A stretch of DNA of 64,000 bases from the NCBI RefSeq assembly GCF_009914755.1, contig NC_060928.1. The stretch is one strand, 5' to 3'. Position numbers and translations under genes: made by a program. Below, piece by piece: positions 25,171 to 39,232 of the stretch. A model generated the notes under the pieces. It saw only the letters and a program-made list of their open reading frames with translations, did not search any database and was not told the origin of the DNA. Position 1 is the stretch's first letter. Each line of letters begins with the position of its first letter. The DNA comes from the human T2T-CHM13v2.0 reference genome, Homo sapiens.

Positions 25171-27902
25171 ACATAATTATCAACACATTAGCAAAGACTG
25201 AACCACAAAAAGCTTAAGGATAAATGTATGTAAAGAATATTTCAAAAAGAATAATTCAAAACTGATCTAGAAACAGAATTACTGTTGAAGTAACTCTCCT
25301 GATGCAAAGTAAATCCTGAGAAGGTGGACATGCATTCACTTAGCCCTGATGGCTAAGATCCATGTATAATCAAGGCAACTAAGGGTTGCCCATATAGCTG
25401 TTAATGAGGTTTTTTGTTGTTGTTGTTGTTGTTTATAATGAGTATAGTTACCTAAATCTTTGCATCACTAATACACTTTTCAAAGTATGCTAGAATTTCA
25501 ATAAGTATCCAAGTGAAGCATGCTGAAATAGAATTGATATATAAATACATATTTTTGGCATTGACCATGAAAAGGCTTGGGTAAGTCTTTTTATTAACTG
25601 TATAATGTATATGTTGAACCCATAGTTGTATCATGATTCACACAATTCTGAAAATGTGTAATTGACATCTATATATAATATAAAGACTGTTTATACTTAT
25701 GAAAGGAATATGTTGAATTAATGACAGATTCATCAAATACTCATATAGTGTATGATATATTCAAAATAGACATATTTGTGAGAGACTCTCCATATCTGTC
25801 AAAATGGAAAGACCCATGGAATGTTTTAAAACACACTACCTAAAGGCAGATGATTTTCAGGTGATCCATTTGAATACTTCTAACTTTATTAGTTTATGAA
25901 TCAGTCTGCCAAACTCTCAAATCAGGTTGCAAACTACAAAATACAGTCATCATGGTATTCTGGCAAAAAGTTGGGATTTTAATCTGTGTACCATTCTAGC
26001 CCAAATAAAATTACCTACAGTGTACAAAGTTCTTTGGCAAGGTCACTAAGTTCCCCATTTCAAATTGAAAACATATTTCATGTGGTACAAATGTTGATCA
26101 AAATAAGATTCTGTTTTGCCAGAGCAGTCTTCTTACTCAAACCATCCTTCCCCTACTCTATTTGCACAGTTCTGGGCCAGAATGTTGCTGAAAACAGTTG
26201 TTGATCCTTGATTTTTAAGTAAAAAATTAAAACAGTCTAAGAAAATATCTTTTTAGAGAAATGGTATGATTGAGACAAAGAGCAGCATAACCTATGCCAA
26301 AAATGTGTAAATTCTTTTATAGCTATGAGTCTGAGAAAATAGAAAGATACCATCTACTGAATCTGGAGTAATGCTACGCAGAATGTCAGATGACTCTTTA
26401 TGGAAAACTGATGAATTTGAGAAATGGCTTTGGATAAAAAAAGTGAAAAGAGAATTGTCCTCTTGGCAGAATCATCATCAAGAAACTTCAATTGACAGTC
26501 ATATACTATTTAACAGAAAACCATGTCTTAAAAATATGTTATCTAATCCAGGCAAAAAGCCTACTGTAGCACATGATGCAAAGACTGACACATAGATCTT
26601 GGGAGTGAACCTCAACAAGATTTTCTTTTTTCATTTAAGCTTTATAGACAGTGAGCATTGGATAGTGTTCTAAGAAAGAGGATGGTTTTGGTTTTCATTA
26701 TTATAGGACAGAGCAGGTTAGTATATTGTTATTTGAAACTATCTTATGCAGCTTCAGATCAAGGACAGAATAAGCCCAAGAAATGCTCAATAGATTTTAA
26801 AGCAGCAAAGACAATTATTTATAATTCATAGTTTTCTATTCTAATTAGAGTACAATTCCTGGCTATTCAACATTTAATAGTCACTTTTAAACAGATATTT
26901 GTCGAACATTGCATGAGAAAAAAACGTCTTATAAGTTAGCCTGTAAGTCTTGCTATTGCATCCACTTTTTAAATTTGTTCAACACCAGAGCTACTGTGTG
27001 CCAAGCACCATATTTAGATAAGTGAGAGATGACTCTTGCCTTCAAGAGGTTTGCAGTTTTTGGTGACTAGACTTTCCCTTTTCCAAAGTAGTTTAAGATT
27101 TGCATAGCTCTGTTTGCAGAGAATTATTTAAATATGTCTAAGGTATTCATACGAATGTGTGCTCCACATGCAGTCTTCTGAACAATCAATTACATCCCAA
27201 GATTTAGTAATCTACTAAATTTTCAAAAGAAACAAAATAATAGGTTCAGTGTGATTTAAAGAACATTTTGGGCAATTTACTAATATTTTTCAGCAGTTCC
27301 TGCATTGTATAATTATGTAAGACAATTAAAATTCTTATATTTAAAGCTATTACCATGAACTAACTACTATCAGGTTTGTTCTACCATGTGCTACTTACTT
27401 TGAAGCTGGTTCAGTTGGTTTTGGAAATATACTTTTTCACAAAATTGGTGTCATCTCTAGTAAAAAGTATGTGAGGTTATCCAGATTGATCATGTTCTGC
27501 TGAGTTTGCAGTAAATAGAGCTGAAGCTTAGTTTGGGTAAAATTACTGAAGAATTACTTCTGACAGTTGTCTAGCTATCCTCAGAGTTTCTTTGCTTTCC
27601 AATCCCAACGGTGTTAATTTTCCACTTTAATTTCCTAGCCCTCATTCAGATTGTTATAGGACTCATTTGTGACTATATTTTGTGGAAAGGAGACATTCAA
27701 AACTGTGAAGAAAAAAAAAAGACACAACAAAATGACACGTTTTTCTGAAATTTTTGTTTTTCTAACCATATTTTTTCTGATTATTCTGCTGAAACTGAAT
27801 AAAATATCTGTATGTGTCCTAGTTTTGCTGTAAATTTCCTCTATAATATTAATTTCATATTACATCTTAAGACTTTCATTTAAGCAAATTACATAACTCC
27901 TA

Positions 27903-28325
<423 letters not shown>

Positions 28326-29149
28326 TTATTATCATTAATGTCTAAACCAAATTAAATACACATTTAGATATTAAATTCTGCTAATACAGTTTAGAATATC
28401 AACTCATTGTTACCATTTTTTTTTGATAGTACTAATCAGATAACTTAACTTTATTTTACGATAATACCATCCTTAAATTTTGTTTAGTAAGTAGCAAATT
28501 CTAATAACAAAGTCAAAAACTGTAATAGTTTTATTAATAACACTGTATAACAAAGATAACACACAAAATAGTGAATGGGGTGTCCATGGCTGCCTGAAGA
28601 AAGGAAGCATTTTGCCTGTAATATCAAACATGGAGGAATTTTTGAAAATACTAAAAATTTTGGCTTTCACAACATGTCCTAGTAAAGTTGTTCAACTTTT
28701 GGAATAATTGAGACTTGAGGGGCAATTTCAGAGACCAGTACCAAAAAAAAAATGAATTTCAAATTTTAGTAAGCTAACATGACCTCTTTAACATTCCCTT
28801 AAAATTGTTTTTTAGAATATCCGTATTCAAACAAGATTAGTTAATGAAAGAAAGTAAAGTTAACAGTATATCTAACAGTTTAGATTCATATCCTATGATG
28901 GCAACTCCTTGATATCACATATAGACAAATATACACATATAAACAAAGCATATGATGACATTGTCTTTTAAATCGAAGCTTCTTGAGTATTTTTGACAAT
29001 TTGATGGCATTGAAAGTTGTAAAAATATTCTAATATTCTTAAAACAAAGACAAAATGAATTTGCATTTAGTATACTAAGTGTTGTCTTTAGTTCTAAAAG
29101 GATGCGTTGTGATTCTGGGATTTGGCACAAGAGAAGAAAAAAGGAGGAA

Positions 29150-29460
29150 GTTACTGATAAGGATGGTTAAAGAAGTCCCCTTTGCAGAGCGAATATTGAA
29201 GCTGAGATTTAGAAGAGAGTCGACCAGGTAGAGAGCTGGGAAAGAGCATCTTTCACAAAGGGAAGGGAATGAGCAAAGCCACCACAGTGGGAAGAGTCAC
29301 TATCTTCCAGAAATGAAAAGGGGCCAGGGTGTTTGAAACATGGTGAGCAAATGAGAGAGCAGGTCAAAATGGGGACAGAGGAGAAGTAGCGTTTGAATCA
29401 CACACACAACGTTCAAATGTGATGAGGCATGTGGATCTTATTCTTAACTATGATGAGTGT
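29150..29460 (-). mobile_element. L2 fragment
   Basis: GAATATTGAAGCTGAGATTTAGAAG and GGGAAAGAGCATCTTTCACAAAGGGAAGGGAATGAGCAAAG resemble antisense L2. Confidence 0.5.
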
Positions 29461-30674
29461 TCTTTACAAAACAGACCATTGAATCTCAACTGCATTTTTA
29501 GTTGCTTCAAGTCACATTTAACAAAAATCTACGCAGATATAAGGTTTGTTAAGAGAGACTTGTGGCATTATACTTACAAAATACGTAACAGGCATAAATC
29601 AAGGTTATTTATGTATATCTGTTTTGAAGAATGAGCACTAGGAACTCTTACTGCCAGCATCTTTCTTTGACACACCCAGTGAATATTCATGAAGCATTTA
29701 ATTTGTGTAATCCACAACACTATGAAATTCCCCATCTAAATAAGAAATTAGTATCTAACACTAGGTTTCTATTATAACATTTTATAGACGTGTGAAGTTA
29801 AAATATATCTATGAAATTATATTTTATTGTCAATTGGCATTTGTAATTTAATTTGTTTCAATAGTTGAAATACATTATCTCTTAGCAATTGCAATAGACA
29901 TACCAACATGGTAGCTAAAATCTGGGCAAATAACTCATACAATTCACTTTAAGCTGTTTCTTTGATATGCAATTCTTAGCCATTACTCTTTGAGCCTGTC
30001 GTACTACTGTCATTATTATCATTATTTTTGACCCTGCCTTTTGCATTCCGCATCATTACACATTCTTTAGTTCAAAGTGGAGAACTAATGTCTTCCTGCT
30101 TCAAGCGAGGCTGTCTTGTCAGCTCTTTATATTTCTCTGCAGTCTAAAGCTAAGCCAGTGTTTGATGCTTGCCCTCACTGCTGGCAGCTAACCTGTTTCT
30201 TCCCTTCTTATGACAGCTGTCTAACCCTCCCTGTCATCCATTCTCTACCCACATTGAATGCAATGAAATCGTGTCATGATAAACACAATTTCATTCCCTA
30301 TAGTTTCATAATTAAATCGTCATGGACTACAAGAGAATCTCCCTTCAATTTTTATTCTTAGACTCCAATAAATTTGTTACCTTTATATTCAGAAACCTAA
30401 TTGAATCGGAGTAGATGAGGACTAAAAGCATAAGGAATAATAATCACTAATCTTCACTATTTTTCCTTGTTTGTGTTGCAAATATTGTGTGTTGGCTGGT
30501 GTTAGGCATGGTGAAATATATGAAAATGATATTAATATAAAACAATGTCCAAGTCCTAGAGGCAACCTATAGATTTATAGGTAAGATAAACTTCCGTCAA
30601 AAACCAAAGTAGCATTATCCAGCAGCAAGATTTTATTTTTTGAAAGTAAATATTATTCTTCGCAATTCTAGTTA

Positions 30675-31040
30675 TAAATACTGAGAATCAAAGAGTCAGT
30701 GACTTCCACAAGGCTGGTAAGGGCCAAGGGCAGAATTTAAACTGGTTTGTACTAGATTTCAAAGCTTATTATTTTTCCATTAATACCTAACACTTGTGTA
30801 TCTCTTCTTCAGCTTTCAAAGAGTTTTCAGGTGAGTTATCTAATTTGAACATTACATTACATCTGTGAGGTTGATTACAGAAAAGTAATTAACACATTTT
30901 AGAGAAAGGAAAACATAAATGAAAAGAGACTTACTCAAAGTCACAAAGTAACGGTGAATAGCTGGTGAAGTTCTTAATGCTTTCCTTTGAATATAATCAC
31001 TAACCCCACATGCAGTGTTCTTTCTGCTATATCACAATAA
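30675..31040 (-). mobile_element. Degraded MIR fragments
   Basis: GAGTCAGTGACTTCCACAAGG...GGCAGAATTTAAACTGG...TTCAAAGC and GACTTACTCAAAGTCACA resemble the MIR core. Confidence 0.45.
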
Positions 31041-31215
31041 AATGTGAAAAAGGTGGAATGCCAAGGTGATATCTTTGATGTTAAACTTCAGGCATTTAAG
31101 GAATATTGAGCCAGGAATGATCATACACAAAATAATGGAATGTTAATCAGGCAATAGTGCATGTTATTAAAAATTAGGAACCAATATTAAAGAAGCTATA
31201 AAGAAAATATGACAT

Positions 31216-31574
31216 TGTATTAGTTCGTTCTCATGAGGCTAATAAAGACATACCTGAGACTTGGTAATTTATAGAGGAAAGAGGTTTAATGGACTTACAG
31301 TTCCACAGGGCTAGGGAGGCCCCACAATCATGGCAGAAGACGAGGGAAGGGCAAAGGGACATTCTGGTAGGCAGAAGAGAGCATGTGCAGGAGAACTCCC
31401 CTTTATAAAACCATCAGATCTTGCGAGACTTATTCACTATCATGAGAACAACACAGGAAAGACATGCCCTCATGATTCAATTACCTCCCACTGGGTCCCT
31501 TCCACAACACGTGGGAATTATGGGAGCTACAATTCAAGATGAGAATTGGATGAGTACGTAGCCAAACCATATCA
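31216..31574 (-). mobile_element. THE1 (B/C-like) MaLR solo LTR
   Basis: TGTATTAGT...GCCAAACCATATCA, 359 bp, with perfect 5-bp TSD GACAT. Confidence 0.92.
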
Positions 31575-33258
31575 GACATCAGAAAGCAGTGTATAGAGAA
31601 AATACTCAGCCCATGCTAAGCATCTTATGTACACTATTCTACTTAACTCAATTAGTTGGTTTTGTTTAAGTCTCAGAACCATAAGAAGTAATAATTTTAC
31701 TATATGATTTGCATATGAAGAAGTTTAGGGTCTTATTCAAAGTCATGTAACAAATGAAGAGTAGAACTGGAATTTAAACTCTGGTCTCTGAGTTCAGTCA
31801 ACTTTTCTACTAAGTACATCAATAACTTTAAAGCTGTCACAGTTTTCTCTTGCTTACTAGGTCCTTTAACTTTTGCCTACAATGTATACCATGTTATATT
31901 TTTGCTATGTCTTCCCACAACATGTCTTCTATATCTGGCTCTTATCCTCCACTTCTCTTTACTTAGAGTGTGGATTCTGAATCAATATGCTTATGTCATT
32001 ACATTCTATTTGCTATTCCTTCATGAGCATAACGATGATGATAATATCAACCTCATAGGGTGGTATGAAGATTAAATGGACTGATTTACATGAAGTTCTT
32101 AAAACGTAATATGCCTTCCACATAATCAGCTCCATTAGCAATGAGGAGGATGAAGCTGATCATTTTTCTTGAGACATTTAGTAAGCACCTGTAATGATTT
32201 TAATCCTGAGGCCAGGGATTCTATTTTCAGACTAGTAGAATCTGATTTGATCTCTAGTCAAATGAATTGGAAAGATACCAGACTAATCCCTTAATACCCT
32301 TGGTATAACAGTATAAGAACTTTACTCCAGAGAAGAGGCAAATGAATTTGAAAGACCTTTCTGATATCATATGAGTGTCAAAGACAGTTCATATATAAGG
32401 TTCTAAATGGACAAGCTCAGGAATTTATATTTAGAGTATAATATGAGTACCTGAGACATATTGGTCACTGGACTTGAGGTAATGAATTCAAATTTTCAAG
32501 TATTTCTAACTGAAAGTACATTCTTTTCAGAAAGGCATTGCGTTTGCATTGTTTTACCTTTTTAAAGCTAAGATTTCTCTTGTATTGATTATTTTCCCTT
32601 GCCATTTGCAGCTAGAAAAGCTGCACTTAAGGCAGAAATGACAAGGCAGTTCAGTTAACACAGTGATTTCTAGAGCAGTCAATTTATTATCTTTATCATG
32701 TGCCAGGTTTATAAATCATCATATGGTCTCTGGGAGAATGATTGCTCCTGTGAAGGGGAATAATGTGCATATATTATTATTGCTTATCTATTTTCATTGC
32801 GAATAATAGAATGCTTAAAAAGAAGTCAGTTTATTACACAGTGTAGCTTATTTAGAGAGCTATATTGTTATAAAATCCTAAACTTTCTTGTGCCCAAAGC
32901 TGATAATCTAAAAAGTCATCATCTTATACTAACATCAGTGGAAGCTGAATTTTTTTTGATACAAAGAAGCATTTATCTTCTGTTAATTCTTATAATGATA
33001 GTAAAATATTATACTACAATTCTCCTTTCTTCCTTCATTATTTGATTGCACATGGAATTATTGTGTTTATTTCTTTTATTCTTATTTCCTACTGAGCATA
33101 GTTTAGTCCTTTGACATTTCAAAATAATTATAACTACACCTGAAAAACCCACTGACAGGAAAGAAAAAAGAGAACACTTGGTTCAAATGGCATTTGAAAC
33201 ACAATATCTAAAACACATTAACAAAAAATGTCAGAGCTTCTACTGTTGAAGCGTCTCT

Positions 33259-33407
33259 GTTTTGTGTGTGTTCTGTGTGGGTGTGTGTTATGTGTGTGTG
33301 TTCTGTGTGTGTGTGTTCTGTGTGTGTGTGTTCTGTGTGTGTTCTGTGTGGGTGTGTTTTGTGTGTGTGTGGGGGGGTGTTGTGTGTGTGTATGTGTTCT
33401 ATGTGTG
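33259..33407. repeat. Degenerate (TG)n / (TGTGTGTGTTC)n simple repeat
   Basis: Visible TG-rich array. Explains the Cys/Val ORFs 33228..33422 and 33262..33453. Confidence 0.95.
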
Positions 33408-34849
33408 GACTCGAGAGGCTGAAGGTGTGCTCTCTTGGCTAGGGTTAGAGTAAGCCCTCACCTTGAATTTCTGTGTTATTCTCATCTTCCTTTAAAAAGT
33501 TCTTTGCCACTACAGTAAGTTGTTCAGTTTTCTGAATTACTGTGCCTTCAATCCTCCCGAAGATTGAGAGGCATAGTTATATAGAATACATGAAAGCACA
33601 TACGTAGCCAGTAAAGCAAAATACAAATAGATTTAAAATTAAGTCACAGGTGCCTTATTTTCAGCACTCAATTCTTGCATGTGTAGATTCTTTCTTCCAA
33701 ATCTGTCTGAAGGCTATTTAAATTATTTCTTAGTTGAAGAGACAATAATTTAAGACATCAAATTAGAAGTTGCTTCAAAGTAATACATTACATTTTCCTA
33801 TTTTGGATTTCTAGTCCCAAAATACAAAAGGAAGAATATATTTTGAAGTGTAATTACTGTATTTTTCTCTCTCTCTTTTTGGCTAGGGACTATGGATCAT
33901 TAGAGTCTAGTATCCTCAAACAAGAAATAAAGCAGATAGAGATAGGATATGATACAGAGACGAAGATTTACTCAAGTATTAAACTTTGTTGCAAATGACA
34001 TATCAGTTAAAACACATGTACATTTTACTCTTTTTCTTCTGAGTTTAAAGACTCAAAAACATTTCCTTCAGGCACTGGGAATGAGCTCCTGGAGCCACGT
34101 CCTAACTTTAGCAATAGCCGGTTGCCAGCCCTAGTTCTCTATTTTGGAGCTTCGTTCCTAGTCTTCATTGTGTTGAGTGACAAATTTGCAGGCTGTATGG
34201 ATGACTTCATAGTTGGAGCAATGTCTTTTTGTGCTAACACTGCTTTGGTATTTAGTAAACAGTGAGATGCTCTTAAAATATTGCCAATGATTCTAAAGGA
34301 GTCCATCCTAGGATTAAAACATGGGTTTAATACAGACATTTCTTATTCTTACCTATTTATGTACAATTTTGGGGCAACTATACCATTTCCCCATTTCTAA
34401 AACTTTTCATTCATTTATTCAAAATTAAATACACTTATTTATATAATTTATCCATGTATTTATCAATGTGACTGAGTAAAAAAAAATCAGAATAGGAAGT
34501 GAACTGATGCTCATTAAACTCTTCTAAATGTAGTCATGTAAGTATTAGACCAGAGCTGTAAGCAGAGTAATAGTCTAACAAAAATACCTATTCTTACCTC
34601 AATCTTATGGAGAGTATTAGAATGATAATGTCAGTTTCTTATGACTTTAAGCCAGATTAAGGGACATAAATATATGACAGTATTTTTTCATAACCTACTG
34701 TAATATTTTCTAATTTTTTGCTGTATTTACTCAAAATTTTTCTGAGCTTCTTATGAACTTTATTTCAGGACTGGGGGAAAAGTTTTATAAATCGGTTTTA
34801 GAAAAATGCTTAAAGAATTGACCACATTATAATACAGATTTTTGCTATA

Positions 34850-35201
34850 TGTTCTTGCACAAACTATTCCTGTAGGGAAATGTTACTTCTCATCACACTG
34901 ACATCAAGTTTGGCCATGTGAATTTCTTTAGCTAGTTAAATGTGTATGGAAGTAATATGTGACACTTCTGAGCAAATATTTTCAGAGCATCCTCTAGATC
35001 CTCCGTCATTACTTTCTTTCTGCCATCAGAACCACTTTAGTAGAGATTTCCCCCTTCCAATGGGGTATTGGAATGATGAGGATGTGGAGCAGAGCTGCAA
35101 TGGGCATGAACATGAGTGACAAAGAAACCTTCCTTGTTTAAGCCATTGAGATCTTGGAATGATTTGCTACTATAGCATGCCGTTGTAACCTGCCTGATAC
35201 A
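34850..35201 (+). mobile_element. Old MaLR LTR (MLT1I/J-like)
   Basis: TTTGGCCATGTGAATTTCTTTAGC...GTGACACTTCTGAGC...GTTTAAGCCATTGAGATCTTGG...TTTGCTACTATAGCA...CTGATACA. Confidence 0.7.
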
Positions 35202-35583
35202 AATAAGCTAATAAAACAAAGATTTAATTGCTCTGAATTTCAAGTTTAATACTATAAGATGGTGTTAGAACTATACCAAAATGGAGATGCCTTGTGGTAT
35301 CAAAATGTTAGAATAATCCTTTATACTCTTTTACTACTTCAGATTATTTCACTAAAATATCTTGGTGTATAAATTATATAAATATATTGAGATGGAAACT
35401 AATAATTCTACTTTGATCTCCCAATAGATGAGAGCAAGTGAGAATTAATTTATTTGCATTTTTCAGTGGTACAATTAGCCATCTGTTGATTGACTTATTA
35501 ATACTCCCATTGAATCCATGAGTTTTTGCTAGGTTTCCTTTGGCAACAATTAAGAAGCACCAGTGTGTAGATTCTCCTTCTTC

Positions 35584-35632
35584 CTGTAATATAAATTTAA
35601 TTTATTCTCTATCATTAAAAAATGTATTACAG
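35584..35632 (+). ncRNA. MIR2054: MIR2054 annotated pre-miRNA hairpin
   Basis: CTGTAATATAAATTTAATTTATTCTCTATCATTAAAAAATGTATTACAG. Terminal arms CTGTAATA/TATTACAG pair. Sequence and position downstream of FAT4 match my recollection of hsa-mir-2054. Confidence 0.85.
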
Positions 35633-35974
35633 AGGAGCATATTAAAATATTCAACAGAGGGTAATTAGCTGTCTATGTTTTATATGCAGTAATAATGCTT
35701 GAGACTGCTTCTAAATTTAGTAAGTAAACTCAGGCTAGAGCAACACAAACTGGTTGTCTGAAGATAACAATTAATTCAGACAAACCAAGTGACTGATGGT
35801 CCCTTGTAGACTTGAGTTTTCTCCTGTTTCTCATATTGCTCAGTTTTATAATCAATAACAGAAGCAAAATTACAGAATTTTCTTTTGGTGAGATATAAAT
35901 TTCCCCAGTGACTCTCACTGAAAGGCAGAGCAATCAGCAATGCACCAGATAATCTGATAGCAAGTATAAATTTG

Positions 35975-36070
35975 CTATATTTACATAAACATATTTATAA
36001 AACATATATTTATATAAACATATTTATATAGACATATATTTATATAAATATCAATAAATAAAATATAATT
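35975..36070. repeat. AT-rich low-complexity tandem repeat (ACATATATTTATATA-like units)
   Basis: Several imperfect copies visible. Confidence 0.8.
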
Positions 36071-37802
36071 TAAGTTAGCTAGTTTATTGTGTTATTTAAA
36101 AAGTCAAGGACATGAAGTTATCAAAACTAAAAGACTCAGAGCAAAACTTCTCCAAAAGAGTCACTTCATGATTAATCGGTCTCTAACCAGATTTTTTTAA
36201 AATTGTACTTCTTGGGGTAAAAGACAATTTAATCCTGATATCAGCTGATCTTTTGATTCTCCTACTTTAATGGCTAATTAATCACCTATTTTATTTCCAA
36301 GGCACAGATATAATTTGAGTCTGTTGAAATTTTACAGGTTGGGAGCAATCTAGATAGTTTAAAAATGCATACGTATACATTTGGTATAATCTTTGCAGGC
36401 TTTGAATTCTAGTGTCTTCAACTAATCTGGACTTCTTGTACGGAAATGTAATCTTTTCTGCCTCTAAACAATTGACAAAGGGCAAGAGTTTCTAAGGAGG
36501 AAGAAAAGAAAGTTGAAGAAAACCTGACATTTTGCACAACACTGGTTGAGAATAGGCAAAAAAAGAAAAAAAAAAAAAACATTTAGAACAGAACTGAAAA
36601 CCCATTAAGTGTTCTGGGTCCTAGGGGATACCCATTGCTAGCCTGCTCAGCAGAAGTTTTTCCATTACAATTTTTTGTAGATAAGTACTTTAATAGTAAA
36701 ATAGGTCGTTGTTTTCCTGCGACTCTCATTAAGCTATTCAAAGAAAACACTTATTCATTTTCCTTTATCATTACCTTCCTTAGTTAGAAAAGTCTGGATT
36801 TCAGTTTTTTTTGGTTGCTTGTTTATTTTTGATTTATATTAATTTTCCCTTATGAAGAAATCAATATAAGTCCCCCGTGATTTCTTGAAAGAATATATCT
36901 AAAGACATAGCATTTTGTTTTTAGGTGGGAAGTTTCAGTAAAATTGTTTTGTTTGCAAAACTACATCAAGTAAAAAGAGGTTCTGGAATTTTACATTTCA
37001 TAGCAGTTTTCCTAAATAATCTAGAGAAAATGATTCCTAACTTTTACTTCATTAATAAGAAATAGTCTCACTTTAAGAAATAAAAAGATTTTAAAGCTAG
37101 ACAAAAACAGATATTTTTGTAAAAATTCAAGTCAATATAAAAGCAATCCTTTCAAGAAATGAAATATTTTTCATACATTATTGTGAAAGAAAAAAATTCC
37201 TACACATTTAAACCAAGCATATGTATCACTCATTAAACAAAATAATGTAACTTCACTATATTTATACATTGCTGAAATATATTTAAATATTGAAATATTT
37301 TCTTTGAGCAAATATAGCCCACATTTTAAAAATAACCAAATGAATCTATAAAATCATAATTTAAAAAGTAACAACAAATGAAAATTAGATGTCAAGTTAT
37401 TTTTTAAGAAAAAAGCAACATCCAAAAGCTTGGGTCTTCCTAATGTACTGCACAGAAAAACATCATATGCATTTTTATATGGTGCTCATATTATGATATA
37501 TTAACACGTGGTCTGCAAAATAAGATAAGCTCAAATTCATTACCTTCTGATAGTACCTGCCAGCAAGGTTGCTATGAACAATTTTGAATAAAAAAGTAAT
37601 AAGACAGGCAGTAATATTGTTTGCTGAAACTAATTGAACAATAGGATGTTATTGGATCAGATGTAATTAATCTAATTGACTCTTGTAGAATTAAGTATAA
37701 GAAAAGACCCTTGGCACAAGTTGGTCAGTTGGTCAAAAATGACACACTAAGATCAATTTGTAACACTTCCAAAAAATATTAAATAATTCCTCCTTGTAAT
37801 AT

Positions 37803-38175
37803 TGTGTTAGTCTGTTCACACACTGCTATGAAAAAATCCCAAAGATTGGGTAATTTATAAAGAAAAGAGGTTTAACTGACTCACACTTCTGCATGGCTGC
37901 GAAGGCCTCAGGAAACTTACAATCATGGCAGAAGGGGAATCAAACATGTTCTTCTCCACATGGCAGCAGGAGAGAGAAGTGCTGAGCAAAAGGGGAAAAG
38001 CCCCTTATAAAACAATCAGATCACGTGAGAACTCACTCACTATCAAGAGAGCAGCATGAGGGTAACCACCCCATGATTCAGTTACCTCCCACCTGGTCCC
38101 TCCCATGGCATGTGGGGATTATGGGAACTATAATTCAAGATGAGATTTGGGTAGGGACACAGCCAAACCATATCA
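37803..38175 (-). mobile_element. THE1 (C/D-like) MaLR solo LTR
   Basis: TGTGTTAGTC...AGCCAAACCATATCA, 373 bp, with perfect 5-bp TSD AATAT. Confidence 0.92.
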
Positions 38176-38729
38176 AATATTTTTCCTCATCAAATATATA
38201 GATGGTAGCATAATAATCACTCAATCTCCTGAGAGTTCAGCAGTTGGTGGTAACACAGTTCGTGGTATGGGTGGGTTGGTCATGTTTGAAGTAATCCATG
38301 ACTTAATTAGCACTTACTAATAAAGGTGAATGATTTATACCCTTTTGCGTTCATCACTTCCTTTCTATATTCCTTCAGTAAAGGGCATTCTGTGTAAAAA
38401 CAGAGAAAAGAGATAAAGCTGAAAAAGCCTGCATGAATCATATATTGTGGGTACTTCCTAGTTTCTTGTTTATACATTAACAATCCTAAGTAAGACAAGA
38501 AGAGTCACTCTCCTAAACCATTCCCCAAGTAAATACATTTGCCTTCCCAGATTCTAATCTGATCATTCATTTATTCAACAAATATTTATTCAGTGCCTCA
38601 TTTATCCAGAAGACCAGGGTGAAGAAGACATAGAGACCCTACTTCACACATCTTAGAGTGCGGAGACATAGCAAATCTCTGAGTTATGCAGGAGTTTTGT
38701 GTATGCCAGCAAATGAAAGACAGCAGTGT

Positions 38730-39232
38730 GTCTACCTACATTTCCTATTGCTGCTTTAACTGTTTACCATGAATTTAGGGGCTTAAAATGACAAAACTTT
38801 ATTATTTTACATTTCTGCAGGTCATAAGTCCAAAATCTGTTTTACTGAGCTAAAATCAAGGTGTCAGCAGGCCTGCATTCCTTCTGAAGGCTCTAGGGGA
38901 GAATCCATCTCCCTGCCTTTTCCAGCTTCTAGAAACCACCTGTAATCCTGGGCTCAAGGTGCCTTACTCCATCTTCAAAGTCAGCAGAGATCAAACCTTC
39001 TCTCTGATCTCTGCTTCCATGTTTACATCTCTCTCTGACTCTAATCCTCCTCCATCTCTCTTATAAGGTTGCATGTTTTTATATTAGGCCCAACTGGATA
39101 ATCCAGAATAATTTCCTATCTCAAGATGCTTAATCACATCTGCAAAATCCCTTTCACATGTAAGGTATTACACTCACAGGTCCTTGGGATTTGGATATGG
39201 ACATCTTTGGGGACTATTATTCAGACTACTGT
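38730..39232 (-). mobile_element. MLT1C/D-like MaLR LTR
   Basis: TTTCCTATTGCTGCT...AAATCAAGGTGTCAGCAGG...GGCTCTAGGGGAGAATCC...AATCACATCTGCAAAATCCC...GGACATCTTTGGGG. Confidence 0.85.

Noticed and set aside
33228-33453. Cys/Val-rich ORFs resembling metallothionein or keratin-associated proteins
   Set aside because: Translation of a (TG)n simple repeat.
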